A DNA stretch of 63,019 bases, counting the filler, from Octopus bimaculoides (Eukaryota), in NCBI RefSeq assembly GCF_001194135.2. It is 7 parts of 7 records of this genome, joined end to end, with 100 filler letters (N's around TTAATTAATTAA, not from the genome) between each part and the next. Parts side by side here need not be neighbours in the genome. Positions count along the whole stretch, not along the records: positions 61,485 to 63,019 come from NW_026420943.1; 6 more parts are not named here. One strand, written 5' to 3'. Made by a program: the position numbers and the translations under genes. The notes under the pieces are model-generated. The model was not told where the DNA came from and made no database searches. It saw only the letters and a list, made by a program, of their open reading frames with translations. Shown one piece after another: positions 61,582 through 63,019 of the stretch. How positions within the stretch are numbered: position 1 is the first letter of the stretch; each line of letters starts with the position of its first letter.

Positions 61582-62296
61582 CAAGTAGCAGAAAGAAATA
61601 CGAGAAAGATAATTTTATTTTATAAAATCCTAGTTTAATGTTTTGACATGCCGATACCCTCCTCCCCACCGCTGATGGAAGAGGCAGCGAACGTACTGTT
61701 TTCTGATTGGCTGAAAATTCTGAAAATTATCAAACTTTGAATACCTGTAATATTTTGGCAAAATTTTTCTCGAATAAATGAATAACAAATTCGGATTCAG
61801 CATAAAAAATTTCATCTATATCATACATTAAAGATTTTTTTAAAAGATAATTGTAAACAGTAACGAAAACCACAAAGATCCTTATCCCTGCTCGCCGCTA
61901 TCGGGGCGGAGATGGTTGTCCGCAAGTGAAAGTCCCGTGAGCCAGAGTGGCTGCTCCATCTCATCTTCGCCATCCTCTGGGGCAACGCCTTTTCCATTTT
62001 GTCTGCCGGGACCATGAGAAATGTCTCTATAGTGTGAGAGGCAAGAGTCTCCGTTAATTTACCTTTATTGTAAAGTTGATGCAACCCCTAAAAAGTTATT
62101 AAATTAAGACATTAATAAGGTGTTTAAGTTAATCACTTCCTAGAGTAATTAACGGTCAGAAAACTTGGGAAAGAATTTAATTGGTTATCTGTCTGTCTCC
62201 CTCTCTTTCTTTCTCACTTTCTTTCTCACTTTCTTTCTTTCTCTCTCTCTCTCTCTCTGTCTCTCTCTGTCTCTCTCTTTCCTTATACATGTATGT

Positions 62297-62390
<94 letters not shown>

Positions 62391-62573
62391 TGTATGTGTA
62401 TACATGTAGATTAACATATAGATATTTGTATAATATATAATCATCTCTCGCGGTTGACACGTTTGCTAAAAATAGTTAACATTTTAATTAGTAGGAACGT
62501 ATCCAAACTGCATAATCAGCCGACGCTTAAATATACAAATACTAACAGATGATAAAAGATACAATCGTCAGAT

Positions 62574-62646
62574 GGGGAATTACCTCAGCTGGTAGAGCGC
62601 TCGCTTAGCATGCGAGAGGTACCGGGATCGGTTCCCGGATTCTCCA
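62574..62646 (+). tRNA. trnA-AGC: tRNA-Ala (anticodon AGC), variant or possible pseudogene
   Basis: 73-nt cloverleaf; acceptor stem GGGGAAT/ATTCTCC with G3:U70; anticodon stem CTCGC/GCGAG with loop TTAGCAT; T-stem CCGGG/CCCGG. Deviations G10C and A58G. Confidence 0.9.
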
Positions 62647-62665
62647 AATGGTAACGCTTAAATTG

Positions 62666-62678
62666 TATTTTTTTTTTT
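62666..62678 (+). terminator. Pol III oligo-T terminator of the tRNA-Ala
   Basis: Long T run about 20 nt downstream of the discriminator base. Confidence 0.6.
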
Positions 62679-62784
62679 CATATTGTAATTTTATGTTTCA
62701 GTTCTCGAAATAACAATATTCTCCTCGAGTTCAATTCTTTTGTTTTACTGAATATATTCAGTTATTGATTAGTATTTTTCATCT

Positions 62785-62982
62785 TTTACTTGCTTCTGTA
62801 ATTAGACAGCGGCCATGCTGGAGCAAAGCCTTGAAGAAGTTTTAGTCGAATTAAACAACCCCAGTACTTTTATTCAAACCTAGTACTTATTCTATCGATC
62901 TCTATTGCCGAACCGATATGTTTCGGGGACGTAAACAGACTAACACCGGTTGTCAAGTGCTAGTGTGGGACAGACACACAGA

Positions 62983-63019
<37 letters not shown>
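62785..63019 (-). mobile_element. tRNA-derived SINE, family 1 (3' half, truncated by window end)
   Basis: gcggccatgctggagc...cctagtacttattctatcg...gacgtaaacagactaacaccggttgtcaag. Confidence 0.88.

Noticed and set aside
61821-62084. 87-aa minus ORF as an upstream SLC26 exon
   Set aside because: No SLC26 similarity, no fitting splice sites, and separated from the SLC26 exon by an artificial spacer.

Overview
Eukaryotic, AT-rich, microsatellite-rich and gap-rich DNA. The SINE and LINE families look like those of an octopus (inferred from repeat sequence only). The window is seven pieces joined by six artificial 100-bp spacers (N44-TTAATTAATTAA-N44): 1-10761, 10862-21377, 21478-41632, 41733-58757, 58858-60100, 60201-61384 and 61485-63019. 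Adjacency across spacers is unproven. Host-gene content I can support is one PRKX-type kinase exon (27265-27433, minus), one SLC26 anion-transporter exon (60395-60505, minus) and a tRNA-Ala(AGC) with two non-canonical positions (62574-62646). The rest is mostly mobile DNA: a near full-length decayed R4/Dong retrotransposon, CR1 and RTE LINE remnants, maT (DD37D), pogo and piggyBac fossils, several MITEs and many tRNA-derived SINEs. Most ORFs in the supplied track are microsatellite or N-gap artefacts. The most interesting signals are (1) three apparently intact plus one decayed minimal type I hammerhead ribozymes of Penelope/retrozyme style, three sharing a non-canonical C3-C4 core (CCGANGA); (2) an R4/Dong family that appears to target (CATA)n, next to (TAA)n-associated relatives; and (3) an in-frame 24-bp telomere-like insertion inside a transposase motif.
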